Shown here one piece after another: positions 25,270-33,083 of a DNA stretch of 40,118 nt. The notes below the pieces were generated by a model. It was not told the origin of the DNA, did no database searches, and was given only the letters and a program-made list of their open reading frames with translations. Each line of letters begins with the position of its first letter. Positions within the stretch are counted from its first letter, which is position 1. The translations under genes and the position numbers were made by a program. Source of the DNA: a virus (taxonomy: Duplodnaviria > Caudoviricetes); IMG/VR virus record IMGVR_UViG_3300046779_000390, positions 1 through 40,118 of that record; one strand, given 5' to 3'.

Positions 25270-25466
25270 TAACTTGCGCTCTTATCCTTACGCAAGATGC
25301 GCTGTGCCCACGATAGACCAGCGTTGAGACCATCAGTCCACTCATCAGTGATGGGAACCTTTGCTGCTTCAATCTTCTGAATCAACTTCTCAGTCTCTTC
25401 TTTAATCTTTAGTACTACAAGAGCGCGAGTCTCCTGTGTTACATCGTCTTCTTCTTCTCTAATCAT
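25269..25466 (-). CDS. Hypothetical protein
   Basis: 65 aa, coupled to the resolvase gene. Confidence 0.7.
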   Translation of the reverse strand: MIREEEDDVTQETRALVVLKIKEETEKLIQKIEAAKVPITDEWTDGLNAGLSWAQRILRKDKSAS

Positions 25467-25468
25467 AT

Positions 25469-26251
25469 CTATCCATTCTCTGGTATGTCTTCGACATACA
25501 TATACTCAGGGTTAAATGATAGCCAACAAGTTAGGTTAGCGTTAGCATCGGCACGCCCGTATCTGTTCTTCACTGGAGCAATAGCCATAGAAGTACCAAC
25601 GATACCAAGAGTACAGATAAGAGCGGGGAGTTGAGCCACCTTCCCCTGTAGTGCTGAACGTGGCTGGCAAGGGTTACCCAGTACACCTTCAGAAGTATGA
25701 TGAAGAATAATAATCCCAGCGTTAGTTGCACGAGCAAGATATTTCAACTCCTTCATAATTGCACGCATTGAAGCGAACTCTTCACCACCATCTGTTGCTA
25801 TATCCATTAGGTTATCTACGAAGATAGCCTCAGGTGGTACACCCCATAGTTCCTCAAAGGCTTCTACTTCTTCGAGGATATCTTGTAGTGTTGGTGAAGA
25901 TTCAAATGACCAGACGATATGGCTTGCTCTATGGAGCACAGCCTTAGTCCAACCAGTATCGGTATTCATTAGATGCTCAACGTCAGTCTGATTCTTACCG
26001 CTAATCATTGACGCTAGGCGCATAGCCATAGTGTGTGCGTTCGTATCTGCAGAAATGTACAGAGTGGGAACGTGCATACGGAGGGCTAAAGCCAGTGCCA
26101 GAGTGGACTTTCCGACCCCTGGTACACCTGCAAGCATAGAGACTTCTGCTCTACGAAATATAATTTTGTTGTTATCAAATGTTTTGAAGCAACTTGGTAG
26201 CGGTTCGCCACCTATGTCGGAACGTCCGACACTTCTTACTAAAGTTCTCAT
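25469..26251 (-). CDS. DnaB/RecA-like helicase (C-terminal ATPase domain)
   Basis: Walker A GVPGVGKS, Walker B IFVDN, LHH and KNRYG motifs. Confidence 0.88.
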   Translation of the reverse strand: MRTLVRSVGRSDIGGEPLPSCFKTFDNNKIIFRRAEVSMLAGVPGVGKSTLALALALRMHVPTLYISADTNAHTMAMRLASMISGKNQTDVEHLMNTDTGWTKAVLHRASHIVWSFESSPTLQDILEEVEAFEELWGVPPEAIFVDNLMDIATDGGEEFASMRAIMKELKYLARATNAGIIILHHTSEGVLGNPCQPRSALQGKVAQLPALICTLGIVGTSMAIAPVKNRYGRADANANLTCWLSFNPEYMYVEDIPENG

Positions 26252-26272
26252 TGACTTCTCCTGTCATTAAAG

Positions 26273-26319
26273 TTAGAAGTAGGGCAATCACCTTCCCCGT
26301 CTGACTACCCTACTTCTAA
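26273..26319 (-). promoter_or_regulatory. 18-bp stem-loop upstream of helicase
   Basis: TTAGAAGTAGGGTAGTCA-GACGGGGAAGG-TGATTGCCCTACTTCTAA with G-U pairs on the minus strand. Confidence 0.7.
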
Positions 26320-26326
26320 TTCTTAT

Positions 26327-26764
26327 TTAGTTGAGTGGCTTACACTGGTCAGGAGTTCCCTGTGGTGTCGGGCAAGCCCAGAAAGCGTAAGGCTTCCCAG
26401 TTGTTTTGCTCGTTCCCTGTCGGAAGATTCTCGCGCCGTGTACGCACGTTGGTGTTGTTGGCTGCGCCGATGCGGGCGGTGGGGTTTGCATTGGTGCCCC
26501 ACCGAACGGATTGCCCGCCTGGGTTGGAGTTGAGAATCCAGATGGCGTTGTGTCTGCTGTGGAATTCTGCGTCGATAAAGGGAGCACGGTGTAAGCACCT
26601 TGCACCTTCTTAGCAACTGCTGCAATCTGTGTTGAGTAATCGCTAATACCTTCTAGCAATACACTCAGTTCATCAGCAGTGTTTGCTCGAACGTTAATCA
26701 TATCTGAGTTACTGGTCGGGCTAGTGCGAATAGAAACCTGTAGTTTCCAGTCTTCGTTTGACAT
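26327..26764 (-). CDS. Replication-region protein with C-terminal CxH...C...C zinc motif (possible ssDNA binding)
   Basis: CVHGARIFRQGTSKTTGKPYAFWACP...QC; Pro/Thr linker; between exonuclease and helicase. Confidence 0.65.
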   Translation of the reverse strand: MSNEDWKLQVSIRTSPTSNSDMINVRANTADELSVLLEGISDYSTQIAAVAKKVQGAYTVLPLSTQNSTADTTPSGFSTPTQAGNPFGGAPMQTPPPASAQPTTPTCVHGARIFRQGTSKTTGKPYAFWACPTPQGTPDQCKPLN

Positions 26765-27376
26765 TTATTTATCCTTCTTTGCGAATTGGCAGTGCTCTAT
26801 GAGTCCACAGAAACTGCACGATTGTAGGTTCGGTAGAAATATACCAGCCTTGCGTGCTTTGTCAAAGCCATCAACAAAGTATTCAAGTGTGTCTAGCGTA
26901 TATCTACTTAGGTCAATCATTTCTCCTGTCCCCGATTCACGAGACATCCAGTAGTTTCCTAGATTGACTGGAACTCCTATCATCTGTTCGACTCCTACTT
27001 TGTAGAAGCCTAACTGAAGGTCGGAGGTAGGGCGTGTACGTGAAGTCTTAAGGTCGACAATCACAAGTTGTCCGTTAACCTCAAAGATTCTGTCAATAAA
27101 CATCTTCACTGGCACACCTGCGATGACTGGATTCAACTCCAACTCGATGGCACGTACACCTTGCGGAGTTGTCCAAATTTTCCAGTCAGGGTTGTTCTGT
27201 CTCCACTTGATGTAGTTGTCTACCCAAACGGAGCCATTGATATTCCACCAATTGCCATCCTCTTTGTTAGGATTTTCTTTAGTGGCTCGACCTGCACGAC
27301 GTGCAGTCTCAAGATTTAGTCCTTCAGTTTCCTTGCGCCAGGCTTTCGCCCACAGTTCATTCGTTGTCGTAATCAT
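26765..27376 (-). CDS. Cas4/RecB-like exonuclease, C-terminal part
   Basis: IE...IDRI...IVDLKT, QLGFY and CSFCGLIEHC motifs; ATG 27376 with GGAG upstream. Confidence 0.85.
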   Translation of the reverse strand: MITTTNELWAKAWRKETEGLNLETARRAGRATKENPNKEDGNWWNINGSVWVDNYIKWRQNNPDWKIWTTPQGVRAIELELNPVIAGVPVKMFIDRIFEVNGQLVIVDLKTSRTRPTSDLQLGFYKVGVEQMIGVPVNLGNYWMSRESGTGEMIDLSRYTLDTLEYFVDGFDKARKAGIFLPNLQSCSFCGLIEHCQFAKKDK

Positions 27377-27545
27377 ACAACTCCGTTGCATAGTGGAAAG
27401 CACGTCCTCCTGCTGACCAGATGGATGGTTCCTCTGGAACCTGAAGTAGTCGACCTAGGTAGTACTGATAACCACAGGTCAGATATGTTGTGAACGCTGA
27501 GTAACTGATGTGCTCAGGTAAAGTATAATCGTCTAACTTAATCAT
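27357..27545 (-). CDS. Cas4/RecB-like exonuclease, N-terminal part
   Basis: HISYS...TCGYQYYL...GRAFH; ATG 27545. Confidence 0.8.
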   Translation of the reverse strand: MIKLDDYTLPEHISYSAFTTYLTCGYQYYLGRLLQVPEEPSIWSAGGRAFHYATELYDYDNE

Positions 27546-27687
27546 CGAGGAAGTCCACGAGATAGTCAACCTCTTCACGTAGTTCTCGAACTGTTTCCTC
27601 TAGGTCGTGCAATGCAAAGGTCAGTTCAGATAGTAGCCAAGCGATATCGTCGTGTTCTTCTTCGTGCTTCTTAAATGGATTCCACAT
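27538..27687 (-). CDS. 49-aa acidic coiled-coil protein (not in ORF track)
   Basis: MWNPFKKHEEEHDDIAWLLSELTFALHDLEETVRELREEVDYLVDFLDD; GACAGGAG site. Confidence 0.75.
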   Translation of the reverse strand: MWNPFKKHEEEHDDIAWLLSELTFALHDLEETVRELREEVDYLVDFLDD

Positions 27688-27708
27688 AATTGCTCCTGTC
27701 GTAGTTGT

Positions 27709-27762
27709 TTAGATAGACCCCCTGAGAGGACAGGAGGTGACTCAATCAGGGGACCTATCTAA
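27709..27762 (-). promoter_or_regulatory. Leader hairpin with anti-Shine-Dalgarno loop
   Basis: 17-bp stem plus GAG/CUC closing the loop UCACCUCCUGUC, complementary to GACAGGAG at 27700-27693. Confidence 0.65.
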
Positions 27763-27780
27763 TCCTTCATTCGTCCAAAC

Positions 27781-27860
27781 TATTAATATATAATATATAT
27801 ATTATATAGGCGCCTTAGCGCCTTATATAGTATTTATTATTTATTAATAATTTAATTATA
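27781..27860. repeat. Extremely AT-rich palindromic tract
   Basis: 22-bp perfect palindrome TATATAATATATATATTATATA at 27787-27808 followed by AGGCGC-CTTA-GCGCCT. Confidence 0.8.
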
Positions 27861-27885
27861 CACATACCCTGACCTGACTTGTCAA
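27855..27885 (-). promoter_or_regulatory. Promoter for the replication operon
   Basis: TTGACA (27885-27880)-N19-TATAAT (27860-27855); spacer is long. Confidence 0.6.
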
Positions 27886-27908
27886 GTCTCGACACGCCGT
27901 GCTACACT
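27879..27908 (+). promoter_or_regulatory. Divergent promoter with GACAC box
   Basis: TTGTCA-N18-TACACT with extended -10 TG; GACAC at 27891-27895 in the spacer. Confidence 0.6.
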
Positions 27909-27914
27909 TTTCTG

Positions 27915-28090
27915 ACTGGTGGATGAGCACGACTCATTCCCATTAAGTGTGGCAAGCCGTCGTGGGCTGAGCCACCACCAGAGTTTCTAGCGCCTTCCAC
28001 CAGGGGTGGTCGGTACTTGCTTGGCTAGAAACGACAAAAGGACCCCCTTCCATAGCAGTGATGCTAGGGTTGGGGGTCTTCTTGTCTCTA
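27915..28090 (+). ncRNA. Candidate structured small RNA (kissing-loop three-way junction, long hairpin, terminator)
   Basis: P1 CUGGUG/CACCAG, P2 loop CACGA complementary to P3 loop GUCGUG; GUUUCUAGC/GCUAGAAAC hairpin; begins at the predicted +1. Confidence 0.6.
28033..28086. terminator. Probable bidirectional intrinsic terminator
   Basis: GACCCCC...GGGGGTC stem with U-rich tails on both strands, downstream of the holin gene. Confidence 0.8.
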
Positions 28091-28127
28091 TCGCCCTGCT
28101 AGGGGCGTATATGAGGGTGTTTTAGAA

Positions 28128-28319
28128 CTACTTCTTGCGACCAAACTCTGGTGAGTTGGTGTCCAAAGCCTTGAGGACTGGACCGACGAAGCCTGCTACG
28201 AATGCCATAGCCAACTTCTTAGGGTCGTGCTCTCCTGCCATATACAGTGCTGATACAGCAGTCGCTGCAGCACGGAAGTATGACAGTCCGATTTGCTTTA
28301 GTTTTTCTGTGTCGAACAT
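28128..28319 (-). CDS. Holin-like membrane protein
   Basis: 63 aa, two hydrophobic segments and basic tail; follows the endolysin. Confidence 0.7.
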   Translation of the reverse strand: MFDTEKLKQIGLSYFRAAATAVSALYMAGEHDPKKLAMAFVAGFVGPVLKALDTNSPEFGRKK

Positions 28320-28328
28320 ATGTTCTCC

Positions 28329-28838
28329 TTATGACTTGAAGACGGGCTTACCGAATCCCACGATGTACACAGGTAGTGACTTCTTGAGGGCAGGTCCGTT
28401 CTTTGCTTTGTATGCACGCTTCTTCAGGCAGACTTGCCCTCCGTTGCGCTGGTCACCCTTTTTATCAGGTGCTGTATTGCCTTCGATAGTAATTACAGTT
28501 CCGTCTCCGTTGTCTCTAACCACGATTCCAACGTGGCTAATGCGGTCAATACCATCGTTGGGAAAATCAAAGAAAACAATATCCCCAGGTAGTGGAGTCG
28601 CTTCATCTACTTTCTCCCATTGGTTCTTTTTGATGAAGGCTTGGGCGCCAGCAAGTGTGCCAACCACGTTAGGAATCTTAAGCCCAACTTCGTTCGCGCA
28701 CCACATAACAAACGAACCACACCAAGGTAGGAAGTTTGCTTTAGTGAACGCACCGTACTTAGTCTCATTGTCCTTTGGTCCTTCGATTACCCCGATTTCT
28801 GCACGGGCTACTTTGATAAAGTCATTACGCTGACCCAT
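28329..28838 (-). CDS. Endolysin, CHAP domain
   Basis: PWCGSFV, PGDIVFF, SHVGIV and IEGNT motifs; ATG 28838 preferred. Confidence 0.9.
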   Translation of the reverse strand: MGQRNDFIKVARAEIGVIEGPKDNETKYGAFTKANFLPWCGSFVMWCANEVGLKIPNVVGTLAGAQAFIKKNQWEKVDEATPLPGDIVFFDFPNDGIDRISHVGIVVRDNGDGTVITIEGNTAPDKKGDQRNGGQVCLKKRAYKAKNGPALKKSLPVYIVGFGKPVFKS

Positions 28839-28839
28839 A

Positions 28840-29082
28840 TTATTCACTCGCCTTCTTGTCAACCTTCGCAAAGGCTGCATTGATTTCTTCTGCCGATAGG
28901 TTGCCATCTGCTAGGAAGAAGCGGGCTAGTGCTTCGAGTACTCGTGCTGCACCAAGTGCACCTGCAAGTACTGCTGCCTGCCACACCTCGATACCGACCA
29001 ATGAGCCAGCACCGATAACACCCAGTGCTTCGGCTGCAATGACTGCGAGTATTCGCATCATTACGTTCTTAAATGTATCCAT
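28840..29082 (-). CDS. Membrane protein in the lysis cassette
   Basis: 80 aa, two hydrophobic helices. Confidence 0.7.
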   Translation of the reverse strand: MDTFKNVMMRILAVIAAEALGVIGAGSLVGIEVWQAAVLAGALGAARVLEALARFFLADGNLSAEEINAAFAKVDKKASE

Positions 29083-29255
29083 TATTCATCGTCCTTTAGG
29101 TTGCGTAGATTAAGCGTGACTGTCCAGATGACTAGACAAATCACGATTGCATAACCAACAACTGTCTTGGCAGAACCTTCAAGGACTACCCAAGCGACGA
29201 ACATTCCAAGGAGTGTCCATAGTTGATTGGCAATATCTGATAGCAGTTTCTTCAT
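29082..29255 (-). CDS. 57-aa two-TM membrane protein (not in ORF track)
   Basis: MKKLLSDIANQLWTLLGMFVAWVVLEGSAKTVVGYAIVICLVIWTVTLNLRNLKDDE; TAATG coupling at both ends. Confidence 0.8.
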   Translation of the reverse strand: MKKLLSDIANQLWTLLGMFVAWVVLEGSAKTVVGYAIVICLVIWTVTLNLRNLKDDE

Positions 29256-30643
29256 TATGGTTTTCTCCTGTACGCAGCGGTTGCGGCAGCGCCTGCTGCT
29301 GCCTGGGTTGCTATGCCACCAGCGATGATGGCTGAAACGACTACATCTTCTGCAGTCTCACGAACTTCAGGTGGCAGGTCTGCACCTACACTGCCGAAGG
29401 CAGCAAGTGCTGCACCTGGGTCAGTAAACATTTCTTGCAGCAATGCTGCTGGGTCTTGCAATAAAGCAACAGCGATTGCTTCTTCTGCTGTAACTACTAC
29501 ACCGTTATCCAACTCAACTGGAGTTGATGGTGGTAGACTTTCTAAATTAACATCACTCACACTTGGAGGTTGCGATGGAGTATCAGGCACTGATGGTTGT
29601 ACGGGCGCTGGAGTTGGCTCTGGCAAAGGCTCAGGATTTACTACAGGCGGTTCCTCTTGGGCAACCTCAGTCGGAGGCTCAGGTGCAACTTCTGGTGCAG
29701 GCTCTGGTGCAGGTTCAGCGACAGCAGGAGGCTCTTCAGCAGGAGCAGGTGGTTCCTCTGCAGGTGCAGGAGGTTCCTCAGGTGGTGCAACAGGTTCGGG
29801 AGCAGGCTCTGGAATGGGCTGCGGAGCAGGTGCTGGGGCAACTGGCGCAGGAGCAGGGGCTGGCTGAGGTTGAGGCTCAGGTTGAGGTGCTGGCTGCGGA
29901 GCAGGTGCGGGAGTTGGTTCAGGTTCCACTGCTGGAGGCGGAGTAGGTACACTTGTACCAGATTCCGTACCACTCGAAGGAGGATTAGATGTTGCAGTCG
30001 TTGTATCTACTACTGTTGCTGTGTCTTGGACTGCTGTTTGTGTCTCAGAAGAAACAGTTTGAGTTTCAGTTGAAGAAGGAGCAGTCACAGTCTCGACACT
30101 GGCAGTCGGAGTTTCAACAGTTGAGGGAGCAGTTTGTGTCTCTACAGAACTCTCAGTCGCAGAAGGACTCGGAGTTGGAGTTGAAGTTTCAGCAGTTGAA
30201 GTCTCAGTGGCAGATGGAGAGGGAGAAGGCTCTGCGCTTGGCTCAGGAGTTGGCGATGGAGAAGGGGTCGGTTCAGGAGAGGGCGAAGGCTCTGGAGTGG
30301 GACTTACAGTAGGAGCAGGCGTTACGCCATTGTAATAACCAACAGCAGGGTCACTAAGATTATCGCTAACATAAGTAGTAAACCCTTGTGCGTATCCACC
30401 TTCACAGAACAACCTTGGGATGTATCCCTTGTCAGCAAAGAAATTGTTGCTGTTGTCCCATCCGATTTGAAATGTTTGTTGAGTACCATCCTGTTTCGCA
30501 CAGACTACATTTGCAGTAACTTGAACTGCTTGTGCATTAGGACTCCAAAAGAATGAAGTACCTAAGACGATAAAGAATACTGCTAACTTACTTCCTGTTA
30601 CCCTTAGAGAGTAAGAGGTAAATCTGGTCAACGCGTTGTTCAA
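29255..30643 (-). CDS. Exported Pro/Thr/Glu-rich protein with C-terminal membrane anchor (start uncertain)
   Basis: Signal-peptide-like segment ending AQA, small two-Cys domain, long PEP/PAP stalk, hydrophobic C-terminus plus RRKP. Confidence 0.75.
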   Translation of the reverse strand: MNNALTRFTSYSLRVTGSKLAVFFIVLGTSFFWSPNAQAVQVTANVVCAKQDGTQQTFQIGWDNSNNFFADKGYIPRLFCEGGYAQGFTTYVSDNLSDPAVGYYNGVTPAPTVSPTPEPSPSPEPTPSPSPTPEPSAEPSPSPSATETSTAETSTPTPSPSATESSVETQTAPSTVETPTASVETVTAPSSTETQTVSSETQTAVQDTATVVDTTTATSNPPSSGTESGTSVPTPPPAVEPEPTPAPAPQPAPQPEPQPQPAPAPAPVAPAPAPQPIPEPAPEPVAPPEEPPAPAEEPPAPAEEPPAVAEPAPEPAPEVAPEPPTEVAQEEPPVVNPEPLPEPTPAPVQPSVPDTPSQPPSVSDVNLESLPPSTPVELDNGVVVTAEEAIAVALLQDPAALLQEMFTDPGAALAAFGSVGADLPPEVRETAEDVVVSAIIAGGIATQAAAGAAATAAYRRKP

Positions 30644-30812
30644 CTCGGTCCAATCGTTCGGTGTTGATATTGACTGCGTCCCTCATTGAGCCTCCGCCGT
30701 TCGGCTTAAGTTCATCTAAGTAGTGCTTAACTAACCATCGAATTGCTGCAGTAAATCCAGCAAGCAGAGTCATTATTGCTACTGCAAACCCTGACCATTC
30801 TGTCGCTGTCAT
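30588..30812 (-). CDS. Single-TM coiled-coil membrane protein
   Basis: 74 aa; TM helix, PNGGGSMRD motif, coiled coil. Confidence 0.75.
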   Translation of the reverse strand: MTATEWSGFAVAIMTLLAGFTAAIRWLVKHYLDELKPNGGGSMRDAVNINTERLDRVEQRVDQIYLLLSKGNRK

Positions 30813-32785
30813 TAGACCGTCCTAATTGTTATGTTGATAACGCCACCAAATCCGCTGAATCGCTTATCAGGTGGTGTTGCTCGTTGGAATGAAATCTGTT
30901 CGATAACTGCCTGACGAGATTCGCCAGTAGTTAAGTCCTGCCAGGTAAGTACGTCACCTGTTTCTTCAATCTCTTCTAGTGCCTGAATCTTTTCAAATGA
31001 CTTACCTTCGTAACCAATCATTGAGTTGTATCGGTCAGTCTCTAGGTCATAGCAATAGACAGGGAACTGGATGATGCGTTGGCGTGGGGTAGCAATAGTT
31101 GCCTTAGCCTGGTAGCCCTTGAATACAGGACCTTGCGAGTTATCAGTTCCATCACGATAAAGAATAAACTTATAAGCAACATACTCTTGTGCTGTTGCAG
31201 GAGATGATGTGGTTACTTCAATAGGGCTGATGGTTGAGTCGTATGAGATGTGGTCATACTCGACTCCATCCTTGTCTACAGTTTCTAGTGTCATAGAACC
31301 GTAGGTAAAATTACCGCGTCCTAGTAGGCGTTTGAAGTTCTTAGGCTCAAGAGTTCCGTAGCGGATGTTACCTGTGGTTAGGTACCCTGATGTGCGAAGC
31401 GTTGTTGCATCTTCAATATAGATACCACCTGCTGCGCTATCAGCATATGCTGTTGTAAATACAAGGCGGTCAGTACCATCTGCAAATGCACAGCCAGTGG
31501 TTACGTGCCCTGTGACACCATCCATATAAAGGTCATTAGCCCAAGCAAAGCGTAGGGTTTCTAGTTCGTTAGATAGGTCAAGGCGGATTACTCCAGCCTC
31601 ACCATCTACCCCAGTAGCGCACCACACATAGTGGTCGCGTGCTGCAAAGTCGTAGCAAGGCTGTGATGTTTCTACGATAAGTGGACCGTAGTTGAGTGAG
31701 CCATCCTGGTCAGATACTGCTGCCACACGGATACCCTTGTTGGTGCCAATCATCATATAGCCAAGGTAGTAGAAGATTCTGTGGACAATCTCACCGACAG
31801 GTAGTTCTGCTGCTACTACTGCTGATGTAAGAGTAGGCATTACTCCAGCGGTAGAGAGTGTGAATTTCTGAATGGTTGATTGGATGCCATTGTAACCAGC
31901 AACATAGATAGCAGGACCAGAGGCTGCCACTGAGGTGTAGACGTGGCTAGTTGTTGGGTGTGTATACACAGCAGTTGGCATAGCAGATGCTGATGTTGAG
32001 AACTCAAAGACTTTGTTGTTGGCACACATTACGATGCGGTCTTTGATGTACTCCATTGTCGCATTAGTAACTGCGCCAATCTCATCAAACATTGTTACTA
32101 CGTCTGCAGTGGAAGCAGAAGAGCCAGTCAATGGCTTCTTGTATACAGTCTTCTTAGTTGCTGTGTTAGTAATCCAGTAGGCATAAGTGCCATCATCACA
32201 CATAGCAAAGACTGGGGCATCTGTTCCAGAGTTATAGTCCACGAAGTGGGTAACTGTTCCGTCTACTGCAATCTTGTCTACATCGTACTCGTCGTGAAGT
32301 AGCACACCTGATGTGGTGTTCCACTTGATAGAGCGCACGTGCTGTTGCACGTTACCATTAGATGCAATAGGACCAGTAGTTTCGTGAGTTGCTGTGCAAG
32401 ATGAGAGCAGTGTCACCTGACCCTTAGTCCAGACATCTACACCCTTGCTATCAGCAAATCGGTAGTGCCCATTTTCATCAGTTGTTGCTGGGTCATAGAA
32501 CTTAATACCTGAACCAGAGTGGAACGATGCTTGGCTACGAATCCACCAACCAGTCAGAGACTGCTCGCCAGGCTCAGTACCATTATCGAACTGGTCCTTA
32601 CGAAAGGGTGCAGTCTGACGGATATAAGGGCGTGAGTCATTGATTGCATAGAAGAATGGAAGTCCACCAATGGCTACGTCGTAAGACATATCGGTGTTCT
32701 GCCAGATTGCTGTAGATGAAACTACACCAACGTCAACTGCGATAGAGCGATTGGCTCTACCTTCGGTTATGTCGCGACCAGCCAC
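30812..32785 (-). CDS. Tail protein (beta-rich, nozzle/tail tubular B-like)
   Basis: 657 aa, beta-propeller-like pattern, last gene of the tail cluster. Confidence 0.6.
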   Translation of the reverse strand: MAGRDITEGRANRSIAVDVGVVSSTAIWQNTDMSYDVAIGGLPFFYAINDSRPYIRQTAPFRKDQFDNGTEPGEQSLTGWWIRSQASFHSGSGIKFYDPATTDENGHYRFADSKGVDVWTKGQVTLLSSCTATHETTGPIASNGNVQQHVRSIKWNTTSGVLLHDEYDVDKIAVDGTVTHFVDYNSGTDAPVFAMCDDGTYAYWITNTATKKTVYKKPLTGSSASTADVVTMFDEIGAVTNATMEYIKDRIVMCANNKVFEFSTSASAMPTAVYTHPTTSHVYTSVAASGPAIYVAGYNGIQSTIQKFTLSTAGVMPTLTSAVVAAELPVGEIVHRIFYYLGYMMIGTNKGIRVAAVSDQDGSLNYGPLIVETSQPCYDFAARDHYVWCATGVDGEAGVIRLDLSNELETLRFAWANDLYMDGVTGHVTTGCAFADGTDRLVFTTAYADSAAGGIYIEDATTLRTSGYLTTGNIRYGTLEPKNFKRLLGRGNFTYGSMTLETVDKDGVEYDHISYDSTISPIEVTTSSPATAQEYVAYKFILYRDGTDNSQGPVFKGYQAKATIATPRQRIIQFPVYCYDLETDRYNSMIGYEGKSFEKIQALEEIEETGDVLTWQDLTTGESRQAVIEQISFQRATPPDKRFSGFGGVINITIRTV

Positions 32786-32793
32786 GTTACTCC

Positions 32794-33081
32794 TTAGATA
32801 GAATGTTCAGTATTATTACAAACCCAATTACAGGTTTCTTCATTAAGCGTTGCTTCATTGTGGCATTTGATTGGAATGAAAGCATCTAAATCTTCACGAT
32901 ATTCCATACCGATTCCTGCAAAATGTTTTCTAATGTTTGAGTTGTAAGATGTTTTAATCCATCTTCCACCTAGATTGTTAAGCAACCATTCATATCCTTC
33001 GTCTCCTGCTGGGTCGTTATTATCTCCAACAGTTACGCGAAGAACAATATTGTTATCGTCAAGTTCTGCCCAATGAGCCAT
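32794..33081 (-). CDS. Small fibre-associated protein (MAHWA type)
   Basis: Paralogous to 34601-34855 (MAH, TSYN, R..[FY]AG); follows a Gly-rich gene. Confidence 0.7.
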   Translation of the reverse strand: MAHWAELDDNNIVLRVTVGDNNDPAGDEGYEWLLNNLGGRWIKTSYNSNIRKHFAGIGMEYREDLDAFIPIKCHNEATLNEETCNWVCNNTEHSI

Positions 33082-33083
33082 AC

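Noticed and set aside
26765-27545. CRISPR-Cas locus suggested by the Cas4-like gene
   Set aside because: No repeat-spacer array or other cas genes; solo Cas4-like nucleases are common in phages.
27915-28032. Hammerhead or other known ribozyme
   Set aside because: No CUGANGA core correctly placed with GAAA on either strand; no twister or pistol consensus recognised.
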